Shown here: positions 48,945-62,087 of the stretch, piece after piece
How positions within the stretch are numbered: position 1 is the first letter of the stretch
Layout of the letters: the number at the start of each line of letters is the position of its first letter
NCBI GenBank assembly: GCA_051294375.1
Contig: CM119269.1
Location: 4,729,046-4,793,045, forward strand
Direction of reading: 5' to 3'
DNA: 64,000 bases
DNA from: Paraspadella gotoi
Lineage: Eukaryota > Animalia > Chaetognatha
Notes under the pieces: model-generated
Told to the model about the DNA's origin: nothing
Database searches by the model: none
Seen by the model: only the letters and a program-made list of their open reading frames with translations
Position numbers and translations under genes: made by a program

Positions 48945-49144
48945 CCAGTATCCACGTGATCTTGGGCCTCTCCTCACGCGACGACGAATAAACGACGCAG
49001 CTGAAGGAAGTCGGTTTCTCTTCCTCCAACGTCGTCGTCGTCAAGACGCAACTGGGACGCGTCAACACGACGAGCGTCACCATGAGGGCGTTGCCGCATT
49101 TGTAGGAGCCGCCGTCTCCGAGGCGGACGTTGTGAAGGGTCAGC
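48945..49144 (-). CDS. Ig-superfamily exon ('exon 3'): end of Ig1 and start of Ig2
   Basis: ccttcag|G ... CTG G|gtaagt. Encodes (R)LTLHNVRLGDGGSYKCGNALMVTLVVLTRPSCVLTTTTLEEEKPTSFSCVVYSSREERPKITWIL(G), with the canonical LxxxxVxxxDxGxYxC motif. Phase 2 start, phase 1 end. Confidence 0.87.
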
Positions 49145-52100
49145 CTGAAGGAGGCGAGAAAAGGTGGGCGTGGCGAGGGGTAAAACTTGAAAGAGTTTTC
49201 GACGGAGGAGTTAAGAAATACTACGGTTAAAGAATAATATGTTTTTTACACTCGAAAGCAAAATCATTATTTAAAATGATTTTTAATGCGAGGTTTTTTT
49301 GTTTTTAATTTTTCTTTCTTTAATCAATCAATGATTTAACGAGAATGAGAATACTAATTCTAAATTTTTTTTTTCTAAACGAAACCAAAAGAAAAAGAAA
49401 TCTCTCCGGTTACTAAGTACGTTTAACTAAAAACTAACCATATTAAAGCGATATTAAACTAAAGACGATCTCTTTTTATTTCGTTGTTGCTCGTTAGGAT
49501 CGTCGTTGTCGTCGTCGTCTTCTTTGTCGTCGGTAACGTCCTCACGTTTCCGTATTTTAATCTCACGCTATTTTCGCCGACTGATGATCGCAATTCCGGT
49601 TCACCCTAACGTCTCTCTCTCTCTTGAATTGATGACTAAGAATGTGAGGTAACGATCCAACTTGATAGAACCCAAAATCTAAACCTAATGGAAGTAACAA
49701 TTCGATTAAATTCAAAAAACCTGGCATGATTAAGTCACAAAAGCAATAAAAAAGTTTTTGCATAGATAGGCAAGAATTGACTGAAATTAAGCGTCAAAGG
49801 TAGTACAAAAAAAGGCTTCTCAAATATGGCTAATTCCCTAAATACGAGTCTTCGCGATCTAGAAAGCTGTTCTTTTGTTAATGAAATTTTTCAGTGAAGA
49901 CACCTGGATTTTTTCCTTTTTGGTTTTTTTTCAAACTGTTGTAAAACAAAAACTAATTTTTCTATTAAAAAAGCTTTTAAAATTTGTGATTAAAAGCGCG
50001 TTTTTGAAATTAAAGTGTCTGTTTTACTCGAAAATGAAACTTAATCGGTTTTTTCTTTTGAGCGTAAATTATATCATGTCGGCCAAACTTTAAAATGTTT
50101 TCTTAATACCATCATAATTCAGCTTAATATTTGTTTTGTTAAATTAATACTTACATACTGCATATTTCCTTTAACATTGGACACTAGTTCTTTTGTTTAA
50201 ATATAATTGTAAAGTATATAAATATAATATATATATAATATAAGATAAGAGAGATATTGGACTTTCGTCTCGTCGTCTCTCAAATACTCTCGCGAATTCG
50301 ATTCGGGATCCGTCTTCACGTTCCCGTATTGGTCTTCCAATGATGTTATTCTGTGATTAATTGTAAGCAGTCCGTGTTTTTATACGTGATTTATTATGAA
50401 TAGGTTATGGCAGGTCGAAGGGCAAGGAGCAACTTGGACATATCTCTATCTCTCTCTCCTCAAGACGCCGGAACTGATAAGAAGCTGTTAAAAACTTTAC
50501 GTCAGCCCATGATCCGGTCTTCAAGCTTCACGGTTTACTTCCTACGGACATCTTCTCCTCTCCGCTAGGTCGAGAAGGGGTTCTTTCAATAATATTCAAT
50601 TACTCGAAAAGGGGAAAAAATACACAAATGTCCTTAACACAAAGATTTGCTACTCATCGAATTTTAACTCATTATGAATTCATATAATTAATGAAATTGG
50701 TAACAAAGTCTGCTCACCAATATAAAAATTATCCATTCATTTAATAAATAAGCTATCTTGGCCCCTGACTTTCGGACAGTCGCTTTGGTGGGTTTAAAAG
50801 GCCTCCATCACTGCTTCACAAGAAAATAATGACATAGCCAGGTCCCTGGCAAAGGTTTCAATCCAAAGACTCCCCTCCTCTCACAGTCTCGTTTAATTCA
50901 CTGCCGCAGAGTATGCTGGCTTCCTATCAACTGAAAGGTGGTTTAATATTTCAAAGAATGGTTTCATTGTACGAAAGTACCACTACGCTAATATTAATTA
51001 TAATAATCATTATTTACAAAATTCTATACTAGATTCGTTTGAATTTAGAATAAACGAAAGGTTTAATTATGTCGAGTATTCAGACGAGAGAACGGCGGAT
51101 TCGATCTGCGAACGCAAAGAATTTTCCTTTTCTCTTCTTGGCCCAAAGGAAAATCGTCCGTCCCAAGTCCTGCTTGTCAACGTTCCAATAGGGCGGGTGG
51201 TGGTCTCAAAATCTCTCTCTTCTCTCTCTCTCTCTCGTCTCCTCTCCGTCTCCTCGGCAACTTGCATAACTAGCTCTACATCTTCTCTTCTCTTCTCTCT
51301 CTCGTCTATCTCTCTCAGTCTCCTCTGCTCTCATACATCCTCCTTGCCTGCGGACCCTAATGGAACGAGGAGACCGGTTGGAGAGAGTGAGTCGGGTGTC
51401 GCTCGTCGTTAGTCAACGTCGCGTGCACTCCAGTGGAATCGGGTGTCGTCTCCAGAGAAAAGAAAAAAAAAAGGGAAATGTTAAAGAAATGAAAGAAAAG
51501 AGAACAAATTAAGGAAAATGGGAAGGAAGATAGAGGAAAGAAGGCGGAAAAAGTGAAGAGAAGCGAGAGAAAAGGAGAAAAATCAAGGGAGGAGATAAAG
51601 ATGGCGGGCTCTCCGGTGTTTGTGGGCGGCTGTTCCTTAGAGGAAATCTGAAATTTAAATAAATGCAAAAAATAAAGCTGAATTTATATGAATGTTTTGG
51701 AAGGCGGCCAAACAAGAGCATTTTTTTTTTGAAAACAAAAAAAAAATTAATGAGAGTGGCAATTATTGCGCCAAAGGATTAGCTGACGACTCGGTTGATA
51801 AACGATTGTGGTGTTTGAACCGATCAACTTACGCGAGTCGAAATTTTTTAAAGATAGAGAGAGAAAAAAAAAGGAGCATCGGAATTCCTTGCCCAAAGTT
51901 CGCAACTCGAATAAAGATATTAGCGACGAAATTTTCAAGGATTATTGTCTTCGGGAATTTTCGTCGTCCTTGGAGTTTTCGGTCTCTTCCTTCGCAGCGA
52001 CCTCATTCCAAAGGCGAAATCCTTTGTTCCCTCGGATTTTTTCTTAGCCACTTACTTTCTGCCCTTCTTTTTTTTCTTTTTTATTTTTTTATCTCTAAAT

Positions 52101-52246
52101 TTTTTTTTGCTTCTCTCAGCTTTTTGAATGAAAATAGAGAGGGGAACAAAAAAGGCAAAGAAAGTCATGGAGCTTCGTGAGAAGTCAACATGAAACGGCA
52201 GTGGACATCGCCTTTGAATATGAATCAACTGGTTAAAATATTCACT

Positions 52247-52327
<81 letters not shown>

Positions 52328-53334
52328 GAGAGATAATAGCAACCAATTTGTAAGTGAGCCTGCCTCCTTACTTGTGAAAAACAAAGTTTTTCATTGAAAA
52401 TCATTTAATTTTCCCGATTTCTTAAAAGAAATGCAAAATGCAAAATTTTCGTTAATGCACCACGTTGGCTTCGTTTAAAAAACGCATTTGGCGGATGCGG
52501 ACTGCATTCGGATGCTGGTGGCAACACGACCTTACTGCATACCCGCAATACGATGCCAACAACTTTAAATATTGGATAAAAAATGCTTACTTCGACGGGA
52601 AAAAGATGAAAAAACTATAAAAAATTCTTCGCGTGGAAAAATGGGAAAAAACAAAAGAAGAAAAATGATAAAATTGTGAAGCTGTAGACTGTGCGGAGTG
52701 AATAGTTTTCACACAGCGACAAAAAAACGTAAAGAAAAAAAAACGCGAACGTGGAAAGCGAAGAGTTTTTTTTTTACTTTTTTGTGGGATTTTTCTCTTA
52801 TCTTGTCATTACCTTGTATTGTAAACTCCGGGTATTTGCTGTAAGAGTAGAAAGGGTCGTTTGTTTACATCTTGTTGTCTGCGTCTGAATGTGAAGAAAC
52901 GAGAGCGCGAACGAAGACGACGACGAAAGAGACGAATAAATGACGAAGGCGAACGACGAACGAGACGATATAATGACGAAAACGACGAACGACGTCGTCG
53001 AGGAGAAAAAAGGAGGTGGACGCCAGGGAGGGAAGAAGAAAAATAAAAAAATAGGGAAATTGTGACTTTTGACTTTGAAAGGGAAACAAATAATAGGTGG
53101 ATGTTAAAAAAAGAAAGAAAGAAAGAAACGAAAGAAAAAGTCGAAAGTACGAGTATCGTTAAAATAGAAAGTAATCAGAGAGAGAAATATGTTTAACAGG
53201 TTAAGCAGCATTGTAAAGCAAGCTTCTCTTTAAAATCGTAAAATGAAGTTTACTTGGATCAGAAAATTTTCCCAAAGAAAATTCTCGGGTCGTGATATCA
53301 CTCTCCTATTTCATTCTTTTCACATGCGCCATAG

Positions 53335-53543
53335 TTAAAAGATGCATCTCACAACGTCATTATAGTCTGGAAAGGAACCGTCATCATTCCAGCGGCGTCC
53401 GCTGCCACCCTCCCTAAGTCCCCCCACTACGGCCGCCCCCAATTCCGCCTCTCGCACAGAAACACGTTTGAAGTCAATATCGTCGGTTCCTCGGGACTTC
53501 ATCGGCCGAAAGCGGAAGATGGAAATCTGAGCAAAGATAAATC
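53335..53543 (-). CDS. Possible terminal exon encoding a cytoplasmic-tail-like peptide
   Basis: ccatttcag|GA TTT ATC... open to TAA: GFIFAQISIFRFRPMKSRGTDDIDFKRVSVREAELGAAVVGGLREGGSGRRWNDDGSFPDYNDVVRCIF. GC-rich island in AT/purine-rich flanks; no family recognised. Confidence 0.35.
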
Positions 53544-54429
53544 CTGAAATGGACGATGGAGAAGGGATAAGTAAACTAGGAAGAAGCAAGGGAAGGAGAG
53601 AACAAGAACGAAGAAGTTAATGGGAAGACACAAAAACCGAAAGAAAAATGGGAGGATAAAACGACGAATGAAAAAATAAGTTATTTCATCTATTTAGAAA
53701 AAAAAAAAGACCTTTCAGGGGTTGAAAAGCCGGGAAAGATAAAATGGGGAAAAGATTATGGTTTGAAGAAAATTTATTTTGGAAAGAGAAAGAGAGAAGG
53801 AAAAAAAAATTGTTATCAAGTCTCCCGGAAACGATAATCTTGGGGTATTTTTGTTCGTATCTGCCTTTGAAAATATCTTGTACTCTTTAAATCCTCAAAT
53901 TAGTGGGAATATTTTTGAGCCAACGAACATGAATTTCCCGAGAACCCGGCTTCCATTACACTGTTGCCAACTCCATGACTCCTTGTATTGTCAATTTTTG
54001 ATGGAACGGGATGCGGTCCCTTAAGCAGGGACCGTTCCGCCTATGTTCGCACCAACTCATCACTTCTCATCGAACTCTGTTCTCCATCCCTTCCACTTTC
54101 TGCGATTCTTAAAAACCCCGGACGGCGCCAACGCACCCGCCTGAAAAGCATTTTGCCTTCCTCTTCAGCGAGGAAAGCGAAAACGCATATATTTTTCTGC
54201 ATTTTCTTTCCCGCCCCCTTTTCGATGCCTTCTCCAGATCAGTTTTCCAGCTAGATCTTTTTCCATCTTCGCTGCCGGGCACCAATGCCCGCGTCTTCTC
54301 CCGCAGCTCCATCCCTCTTCCATGCTTGCCATCGATCTTCCTCCAGCGCATGCCTTTTTACTGCGGACGAACCGGAGCATAACTTCAAGCCCGACCCGGA
54401 ATGCACCTGGGAACGTTTATAGGCTTCCT

Positions 54430-54652
54430 GGTCCGGGCTCCAGCGGGTCTCCAGCGGCTCCGGCAGCGGGTCCAACGGGCTCCAAGCGGCTACACGGTCC
54501 AAGGCAGGCTCACAGCCGCTCGCAGCGCTCCAAACGCGCTCCAGCTGCTCAACGCTCCCACGGCTCCAACGGCTCCAGCGGCTCCAGCGCTCCCAGCGGG
54601 CCTCGACAGCGGCTCCCAGGCGGCTCGCAGCGGCTCGCCAACGGCTCCCCGG
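54430..54652 (+). repeat. Degenerate GC-rich 9-mer minisatellite (gcggctcca/acggctcca)
   Basis: Iterated cagcggctc/caacggctc units seen directly. Confidence 0.75.
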
Positions 54653-56470
54653 ACTTTTCTCTCGCTGCCGCCTTTTTCCTTTTCAACCTCTTATGTCAAA
54701 ACTTGTTGTTCCCTGTCGATCTTTCATCGCTGACACAGCCCGAGTAACTGACAGCGGTTTGCCGACAACCTAGCTTTTAGTCGTTCTGCCTTGACTCTAG
54801 ACGCTTTTTAGTGCTCCTGCCTTGACTCGTAGACGCCGAGGTTTGATGAAACGCGAAAGACGGGTGTTTTGAAACTTTTTTTTGTAAATTCAGCATCAAT
54901 CTTTATTTCCACGAGAATTAATTGTAACGAGGCTCCAACCCTATATCGAGCCAATATTGGATCGAGAACTTCTCTAATCCATCTAAATCTCCGCAAGCTT
55001 TTGGTTCTTATCCACTCGGCATTTCGCATCTCCCCTATGCCTCTCGGCACCGGTATCGGGCTATGTAACCCGCTGTTGATCCCCTTTAACATTAAATCCG
55101 CCCCCACTCATACGCGCTCAGGGAGCTCGAATGCGTTTTGTCGTCCCCCACCATCTTTCCGTGACGCTAGCCACTACCAGCTCCTCTGAAACCTTACGTC
55201 GCCCTCGTCGACCGGGCGTCTCCGGCGGTCTCGTTGTATTCTTCTGCCCTCCGAGCTACACATAGCCATCTGCATCCATTTGAGCTCGCGTCGCATGAAA
55301 CTAAATATTGTTTTTTCGCATCCATATTTTTTTTTCTTTGTTCAAGTCCATTCCCCCTCGGTCTGTGATAGGAAAAAAAAAAACTGATTACTCAGTAACG
55401 GTTCACCGCTTAAAGCAGACAAAAAAATAGTTTTTCTCGTGCTTTACTTTTTCTACCACCAAAAAAAAGAAATTTTTTTTTTTTAAATGAAAGTTGCTGC
55501 GGTTCGGTTTTTTCAAAGAGAGTCTATGTGCTACTACACTTGTGTAAGAGAGTGACGTATCCTAACAAGATTCATTACCGCATAACTTACTAAAGTTTAA
55601 AAAAAACTTGAAGAAAAAGAATTATTTGCGATCCGTCACCTCGGGGGAGCCCTGCACAGCTTCGACTTGTCGCTTCGCAACACATATTACCGACTCTTTC
55701 TATTTGTGTCTTTTTTTTTCCTTCGTTCAATCTCTTTCACTTTTTTCACACACTATAGTGCTTAGCCGGTCCACTTGTAGGCTTGCGTCAGCCGTTTCAT
55801 TGGTCTGCGGCTATCCACCTGCTTCTCGCGCGTTGAAGTGTCCATCCGCGACCTCCGCCGATGCATCACCCCCTGTTTCCTTTCCCCCCTCCTCCTCTAC
55901 CTCCCATCCATCGTCGGTCCCCCCATCTGCGCTTAATCCTCCTTCTAATTCGCGGCGTAATTTATGGAGAAAAATGATGTTTTCAGCATCGTCCGTGGGA
56001 CGAGGGCGCAGTGTCTTGCGTCGGGGAAAGGATTAAGAAGTGAAAAAAGAAATTAAATTGGAAGCCATTCAAATCTTTAGAATAAACGGAGGATTACAAC
56101 AGAAATTGATAACTAGACTCCGACTCATTGAAAGTCCTAAAAGTCGCAACGTTGTAGAGTAGATATTGCGAGAAGGCAGTTTACTATCGTTCGGGATCTA
56201 AATTAATTGGTCGGCGTAAATCGGTAGTCTGATCGCGTTTCCCATGAGAAACCGATTTCGATTTTTTTTACGAAAAGTCTTTTCACTTTAAGGAGGAATC
56301 CGAAAATTAATGGATCCTAAATTCGAGATTAAGGGGAAAAGTCGAAGGAGAAATCACTTTATTATTTGCACATCGTCGAAATTTTTATCACTATGGATTG
56401 TGGTTGTTCTTCAATTTCGGGCAAATTGACCGTTTAGAAAAAGTGGATATGGCAGTTGGGTTACATATAA

Positions 56471-56542
56471 GGCAGCGTTCGAACCTGGCGAGGAGCCGAC
56501 TCCAGTTTTTAACCGTATGATCTTACCGGTATAGCCACGTCC
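56471..56542 (-). pseudogene. Degenerate tRNA-like or SINE-head sequence
   Basis: Minus strand GGACGTGGCTATACCGGTAAG...CCAGGTTCGAACGCTGCC has A-box-like and B-box-like motifs, but I cannot build a cloverleaf. Confidence 0.3.
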
Positions 56543-59500
56543 GAAGGAAATTGTCTAAGCCTGGGCGGTATATTCTCATTTGTTTCAACCTGATTTATTG
56601 TTTTATTCCGATGGAGCATAGACCACATTGTAAGGTATGATTCATGGAGGTGGTAGAGTCCGTCCGAGTCGTGACGTCGTCGTTCGTACTTCGTAGTTGT
56701 CGTCGTCGTTCATCTACAAGTCATCCCCGTCGTCCGTCGTCTCACCTAGTGTCACGTGAGATCTGACTCTGGACGGCGATAAATCGAAACTCGTCTGGGC
56801 GAATTTTCCTTCCGATCGTCAGTCGTCGGTCCTCCGTTCGTCGTCCGTCGTCGTCGTCCGTACCGTCGTCCTCGTTCGTCGTCGATCGTTTCTTATTCGC
56901 TCTCTTCATTTCTTCCGCCTCGTCTTGCTTCCGCCACAAATTTAATTTATCTTCTTTCTTGTTTTTCGGGCGGCGCCGAATGCGCGAAGGAAACGGCGGC
57001 CGAAACTCCGCGCACGCCGAGTTGTTACGAAGCATCTCGGCTGCGCAGCCTTCGAAGGACGAAGCCCGAACATTCAGCGAAGAGGCGGCGGCGGAAACGC
57101 TCTCGTTCCGGCGGCGCGCGCGAAGTTACAAAAGGCTCGTGAGCGCGATTTTACGGTTTTCATGCTTCTGGGACCGTTGTTGGTCCCGTTTGATGGGAAC
57201 CAGACATTGGAGGGAGAAAAACCGTGAAGGGGAGCCAGGGTGGGTGGGTCGTTATGTCGCTATATGAGATGAGACAGAGATCGGCGCCAGGCTTCAGGCA
57301 TCGACGCCGGGATGCAGACGTTCGCGGATGTTTATGGGAAATGGAGCTTTGATTGATCTCGGAATTTGAGACACGGTTGAGAGGGTGGACGAGAATGTTC
57401 TTTTCTACGCCTTGGGCATCTTCGCCATGGGTTCTATGAGGATCGATTACTGACTGTTATTGGTGCTTCGTTGTTTAGTCAGCGCGGCATTGAGCTTGGG
57501 ACTGGAGGGGAGTGCGGGACGGGGTGAGTTGGGGGAGGGGGAGGGGGGGAGGGAGGGGAGGAGGGGAGGGAGGGAGAGGGTGGAGAAGAGGTGGGAGGGG
57601 AGGGGGAGTCGGTCTGGTGTTTTTTGTGTGTGTTGTTTCTTGGGGGGAGTGTGTTTATGGGGGGTGGTGTGTTGGGGTGTGTTGTTGTTTAATTTTGTAT
57701 ATATGTTTTGGGTGGGGGTTGTTGGGTTGGTTGGTGGTTTATGCGGTTGTTTTTTCTGTTATTTGATACCGCTATGGCTTTGTTGTAGGACGTGAGGGCG
57801 TGGTTAAACTGATCGCATCTGCTTTCTATCGAGGGTTTCTCGGTGTATCTCGCCCGACGCTTCCCGTGTCGCGACGCCGATGTCCTTCATGTCTTACCCA
57901 GTGGATTGCTTTTCTTATTATCGTTGGCTTTTGTTTGCAGGTTGCACTCCTTCTCTCTCTCTTCTTCTTCTCTTTTCTACTCTCTCTCTTTTCCTCTCTC
58001 TGTCCTTGCTCGTGCGTTTCTTGCACACGTAATTTCTGTTTTTGCCTTCCCTTCCACCGCCTCTTATTCCTGGTCAGCTATCTTTCCTCGTTTATTCACT
58101 CTTCTTAGTCCTTTCGACGGTTCTTTTTTGTCGCCTCCGTCTACTTTGCCCTCCTCCCCCTGTCATTCCTTGCCGCTTTCCCGGATGCCGCTTAGGGTTC
58201 TCCTTGCAATATGCGGCTTGATTCGTTCCGGTCTGTTATGGTTCTGCTGCCCGTGCTCAGGTCGGGTTTTTTGCCCAGCGCATGCAGGACTGCGACGACA
58301 GATGCGCGAGCGAGGGAGAGAGAAGGGCAGCAGGCGAGGAGGAGGGGCGCAAGAGAGAGGACGACGGGAGAAGGTGGGGAATGAAATTGCGCGCTTCTGT
58401 TCTTATTCCCGTAACTTATTCAGCTGGCCGCTGGGATCTCTCTCTCTTCTCTCTCTCTCTCTCCCTCTCCTCTCTTCTCTCTCCTCTCTCTTCTCTTCTC
58501 TCCTCTCTCTTCACACTCCCTTCTGCGGTTCGACTCCACGACTCCTTACCGATGCGAGGCTCTTAATTTCCGTCCTATTTCCTTGACGACTTTTGTCTCA
58601 TCATTTCATCTGATTATTTCACTCCCCTCCACTAGGCAGTCTGTGGGCACCGCTTGCAGGGATCCGAGTGACATTTTGCACCAGTGACACCGTGAACCGG
58701 CTGGCCGCGTGGACGAGCTGAGAGCTTTAGCGCGATTCCCCCGATCCTAGTTTTCTGTTTGGCATCCTTCTACTTCACTTCCCGACCCATTTGGGCCACT
58801 GTAACGTAAGTCTCCATTGCTGAAGAGGCCATTATTGCCCCATTTTTTACGCCACTGACGGGCTCGATAGCACCTCTTTCACTTTTTCTTCTTCAGTGAA
58901 TCTGCTATCCTGGTTTGCATTTCGTTTTCACTTCTGCTTCCAGAGCGACATGGCGTTCGTTCTCGCGGTCATTTCGATTCGGCCATTTTGTTTTATCTAG
59001 CTCCGCCACCGTGGACGATTTTCCCGTCGTTTCGTCGCCTGCTACGTTTTGTTGGGATTTTCGCTCTTTTCCCTCCTGGCCCTCGGGGGATTGGTTCGTC
59101 TCCTCGGCCGACTTTGCCCTCTCGAGGCGCGAAGGATTCTTTTTTTTTTTTCTTGGGGTGCTTTCCGGTCGACCAGTTTATCCGCGCCCGTCGGCGAGAG
59201 AGAGAGAATGGGAAGTGGGCAAAGAAAAAAAAAGAAAAAACGGGTTTTTTGTTTTGAATTCTTTTTTGTCGTGAGGGAAAAAAAATGTGAGTTAGGAGAA
59301 TTTTTTTGGAAGGACAGGATTTATATAAAAAAGAAGGAGAAAGTAGTGCATAAACAGACTATAATTATAGTAAAACAATTAGGAATACTAGCAGCCGCTG
59401 GGGGAAAACATGGACAATTTGACGAATCAAAAATGAATAAAAGTAAATAGAGGGGAATCCATTTTTTCTATCGGAATTTCTCGTCCGTCCTTTTGTTTTC

Positions 59501-60949
59501 AAGTAGATCGGTTTATGAAGAATTCTTCCAGGACTCAACGAGGNNNNNNNNNNNNNNNNNNNNNNNNNAAAGAAAAAGAAAAAGAAAAAGAAAAGAAAAA
59601 GAAAAGAAGTTAAGTTTTGGTCACAGAAAAATGGAACCATAGATTCGAGTCAAGAGGGCGCACGGTGGGATAGAGGNNNNNNNNNNNNNNNNNNNNNNNN
59701 NNNNNNNNNNNNNNNNNNNNNNNNNNNNNNNNNNNNNNNNNNNNNNNNNNNNNNNNNNNNNNNNNNNNNNNNNNNNNNNNNNNNNNNNNNNNNNNNNNNN
59801 NNNNNNNNNNNNNNNNNNNNNNNNNNNNNNNNNNNNNNNNNNNNNNNNNNNNNNNNNNNNNNNNNNNNNNNNNNNNNNNNNNNNNNNNNNNNNNNNNNNN
59901 NNNNNNNNNNNNNNNNNNNNNNNNNNNNNNNNNNNNNNNNNNAAGAAAGAAAGAAAGAAAGAAGAAAAGAAAAGAAAAGAAAGTACTAAAGCGACAGGAA
60001 AAGAAGACGGGGCTCGCGACGTAATCAGGTTTAAGTATTGTCGGGTTACCCGCCGCCGCAGCTCGCCAGTCCGCCGCCCCCGCAACGCCGTCGTCGCCCC
60101 CGGTTATCCGTCGCCTAGAGTCGGTCATCGTGCCGTCTATCGTCGTCGTCGTCGAGTCGTACGTCGTCGTCGTCGGTATATGTTTTCCTCACAGTCCACA
60201 AACGGACGCCACAAAATAGTGCTGTCTCCTCTTTCGCTACTTGTTGTAACAACGATCATTTTAAAAAGAACCAAAGGCGCTAAGATGCCAAGTCAGTGGA
60301 GTTATTCCCGCGCCGTCGTTTCTGTCGTTCCGTCCGTCAGTTCGTCCGTGTGCGATTTTTAAGCGTGATGAGGTTTTATTTCCGCCCACTGCGCTAAAGT
60401 TTTAAGCACCCGGAGCTCAGCATCAGCTATAGACGAGTTGTCTTTCTTGGAGCGTGAAATCCTTCTTCCATCGACTCGCGTGCGTGTTTTTTCGCTTTCA
60501 AATCACTGTTCATAGTCCGCGAATGTCAAAGAACTTCACGCACCGCTTCCCTATCCCCACCGTGCGTCCCTCTTGACTCGAATCTATGGCCTCCATTTCT
60601 GTTGACAAAACTACTTCTTTCTTTTTCTTTTCTTTTCTTTTCTTTTTCTTTTCTTTTCTTTTTTAAAAAACTTTGTGACATCTTTTTTTTGGTTCCCCTT
60701 TCTTTCTTTCCTTCCTTCAAAAAAAATCTCTCTCGCCTTGACATGTTAACCCTCTTCTTTGTTTTTGCCGTTGTTGGCGCACCCTCCGCTGCCCGACAAA
60801 AGCGCCCGCTCCCTTCTCAGACATAAGGACACCCATCCACGTTTGCTCCGCTCTAATTATTTCCTCGTCTCGCTCATTTAACCGACAATACTTAAACCTG
60901 ATTTACGTCGCGAGGCCCCGGTCTTCTGTTCCTGTTTCGCTTTAGTACT

Positions 60950-60992
60950 TCTTTTCTTTTCTTTTCTTCTTTCTTTCTTTCTTTCTTTCTTT

Positions 60993-61033
<41 letters not shown>

Positions 61034-61268
61034 TTTCTTTCTCTCTTTCTTTCTTTCTTTCTTTCCTTCTTTCTTTCTTTCTCTCCTTCTTTCTTTCTTT
61101 CTTTCTTTCTTTTCTTTCTTTCTTCTTTCTTTCTTTCTTTCTTTCTCTCTTTCTTTCTCTCTCTTTCTTTCTTTCTTTTTTTCATTCTTTCATTTCTTTC
61201 TTTCTTTCTCTCTTTCTTTCTTTCTTTTTTTCTTTCTTTCTTCTCTCTTTCTCTCTTCTTTCTTTCTT
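60950..61268. repeat. (TTTC)n microsatellite abutting a 25-N gap
   Basis: Direct observation. Numerous (GA)n/(TC)n tracts also occur, e.g. 11550-11630, 17320-17397, 35126-35220, 42025-42135, 48198-48278, 52255-52332. Confidence 0.9.
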
Positions 61269-62055
61269 NNNNNNNNNNNNNNNNNNNNNNNNNGAGAGAG
61301 AGGCATGGGTTACTCTTTGCGTTGAAAGTTATTTTTAAGGGATTAAAGCATGAAGTTACGAGTGAGAGAGCGCTAACTGAAAGAGGCTGGGAAGAGCTGA
61401 GACAAAGGTTAGAGATCAGAAGGAAAAAAAAAGGGGAAAAAAGGGGAGACAAATAAAGGAGGGAGTCGAGAAAAAAAAAGGAGAGAAAAAAAAAAGGAAA
61501 AAGGAGGAAAAACCTGAATCCATCTGAATAAATGAATTGTTAGACGAGGTTTCGGCGATTAAGAGATAGGACGGGGAGGGGAGAAAGAAAGGATGGTCCG
61601 CGGGAAAAAAAGTAAGTAAACAGCGTGGAATGAGGGTGAGAAGTGAGGAAAGAAAGTGAGTCAGAAGATGAGAAGTGAGGGAGTGAAAGCGAGTCTGAGA
61701 GATGAAGGAAAAATAGATATAAAGAGGATATAGGGCGATGAGAAGAAAAGTAAGGAAAAAAAAAGATGAGAATGAACCAACCTCGTTTCTCTGGAGTGAA
61801 AGAGAAAAAGGAGAAAAATAACGAGTTAATGCTCGTCGTGGTCGTCGTCGTCGTCATTATGGTTCGAAGATGACGCCAGGGACGCAAAAGGAATGATACG
61901 AACGGAGGAATAAATAATGAAATAAGCCAAGAAAGATTGATAATAAAATATAAAACATTTTACAGCCGTAATAACATAAGAAGAAAGAAAGAAAGAAAGA
62001 GAGAAAGAGAGAAAGAAAGATCGTGCCTCTCTCGTCTCTCTCGTCTCTCTCTCTG

Positions 62056-62087
<32 letters not shown>

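Noticed and set aside
54808-55300. Possible LINE reverse-transcriptase fragment
   Set aside because: No RT motifs are identifiable.
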